A stretch of 64,000 nt of DNA from an uncultured bacterium (GTDB taxonomy: Bacteria; Patescibacteriota; Patescibacteriia; Magasanikbacterales; UBA922), in contig CALMAY010000038.1 in assembly GCA_937861125.1 (NCBI GenBank), positions 126,921-190,920 on the forward strand, in the 5' to 3' direction. Every line of letters starts with the position of its first letter. The stretch's first letter is position 1. Positions 63,672-64,000 of this stretch are shown piece after piece. The translations under genes and the position numbers were made by a program. The notes under the pieces are model-generated. The model searched no databases. It was not told the DNA's origin and saw only the letters and a list, made by a program, of their open reading frames with translations.

Positions 63672-64000
63672 TTATCGTATTGAGATGTGTGTTACATGGT
63701 GAGTAAAAAATGTTCGTGCAATATCTTTCATTTCTTGTAGGTTAAATGGCTGACAATGAGCAAATGCTGGATCAAGTGTGTGGCTTGGGCGAAATGATTG
63801 TAAGACATAGTTTTGTGCACCAGAGACGAGCACTGACATCTCTTTGAGTACTGACTCGATGTGAATATCTTTTATTAAAGTAGTGCGAAATTCGTAATTA
63901 ATTGTACTTGATTTGATGATCTCAATACTTTTTTTGATGTTTTCTGGATTGGTTCGTTTGCCTGTGAGAGTCATATATTGTTCTAGTGATGTTTTGACAT
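63672..64000 (-). CDS. Radical-SAM activase C-terminal part (anaerobic ribonucleotide reductase activase NrdG-like), 5' end beyond window
   Basis: Frame stays open to nt 64000. INYEFRTTLIKDIH...YVLQSFRP pattern is typical of the NrdG/TIGR02495 family C-terminus. Confidence 0.55.
   Translation of the reverse strand, partial: VKTSLEQYMTLTGKRTNPENIKKSIEIIKSSTINYEFRTTLIKDIHIESVLKEMSVLVSGAQNYVLQSFRPSHTLDPAFAHCQPFNLQEMKDIARTFFTHHVTHISIR

Overview
Both strands of this window are densely coding. I call about 60 protein genes and one tRNA-Ser(GGA). I found no rRNA, CRISPR array, transposase or integrase. The sequence is moderately AT-rich and uses the standard genetic code: conserved genes are full length and several end in TGA. 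The gene content includes type IV pilus parts (PilM, pilin, PilD), five Nudix domains, a compact peptidoglycan set (MurA, Mpl-like ligase, MraY, MurB), an orphan NirK, an archaeal-type UMP kinase and Elp3. This fits a small-genome Patescibacteria/CPR-like bacterium, but that is inference, not a database result. Housekeeping genes are confidently recognisable from motifs: murA, ribH, era, pyrG, cysS, ligA, gatCA, lgt, recQ, msrA, glyA, tsaE, rarA, mraY, murB. The observations most worth follow-up are these. (1) A head-to-head Elp3 / Trm9-like pair suggests a eukaryote/archaea-type tRNA U34 modification module. (2) The minus-strand cell-wall operon at 54.5-61.4 kb carries, between mpl and mraY, an ATE/Bpt-type aminoacyl-tRNA transferase domain fused to an AT-rich PD-(D/E)xK-like domain. 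The same operon also holds a kinase-like, an NlpC/P60-like and an ATP-grasp protein. (3) A strongly supported plus-strand small RNA of about 240 nt lies antisense inside that operon, with a TTGACA-17-TATATT promoter, an 11-bp terminal helix and an intrinsic terminator. (4) A 121-nt structured repeat occurs twice, with the stem arms swapped relative to a co-oriented core. (5) One polypeptide contains a tandem LOG domain whose second copy has a degenerate catalytic motif. (6) An unannotated 54-codon LysW-like zinc-ribbon ORF lies next to a PLP enzyme. (7) Two further GC-rich structured intergenic regions carry very strong Shine-Dalgarno-like motifs. (8) A SanA gene is split at a canonical A_AAA_AAC slippery heptamer. 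(9) Several genes have an extended -10 box only 8-9 nt upstream of the ATG, suggesting leaderless mRNAs. All family assignments come from motif recognition by eye. No searches or folding programs were run.
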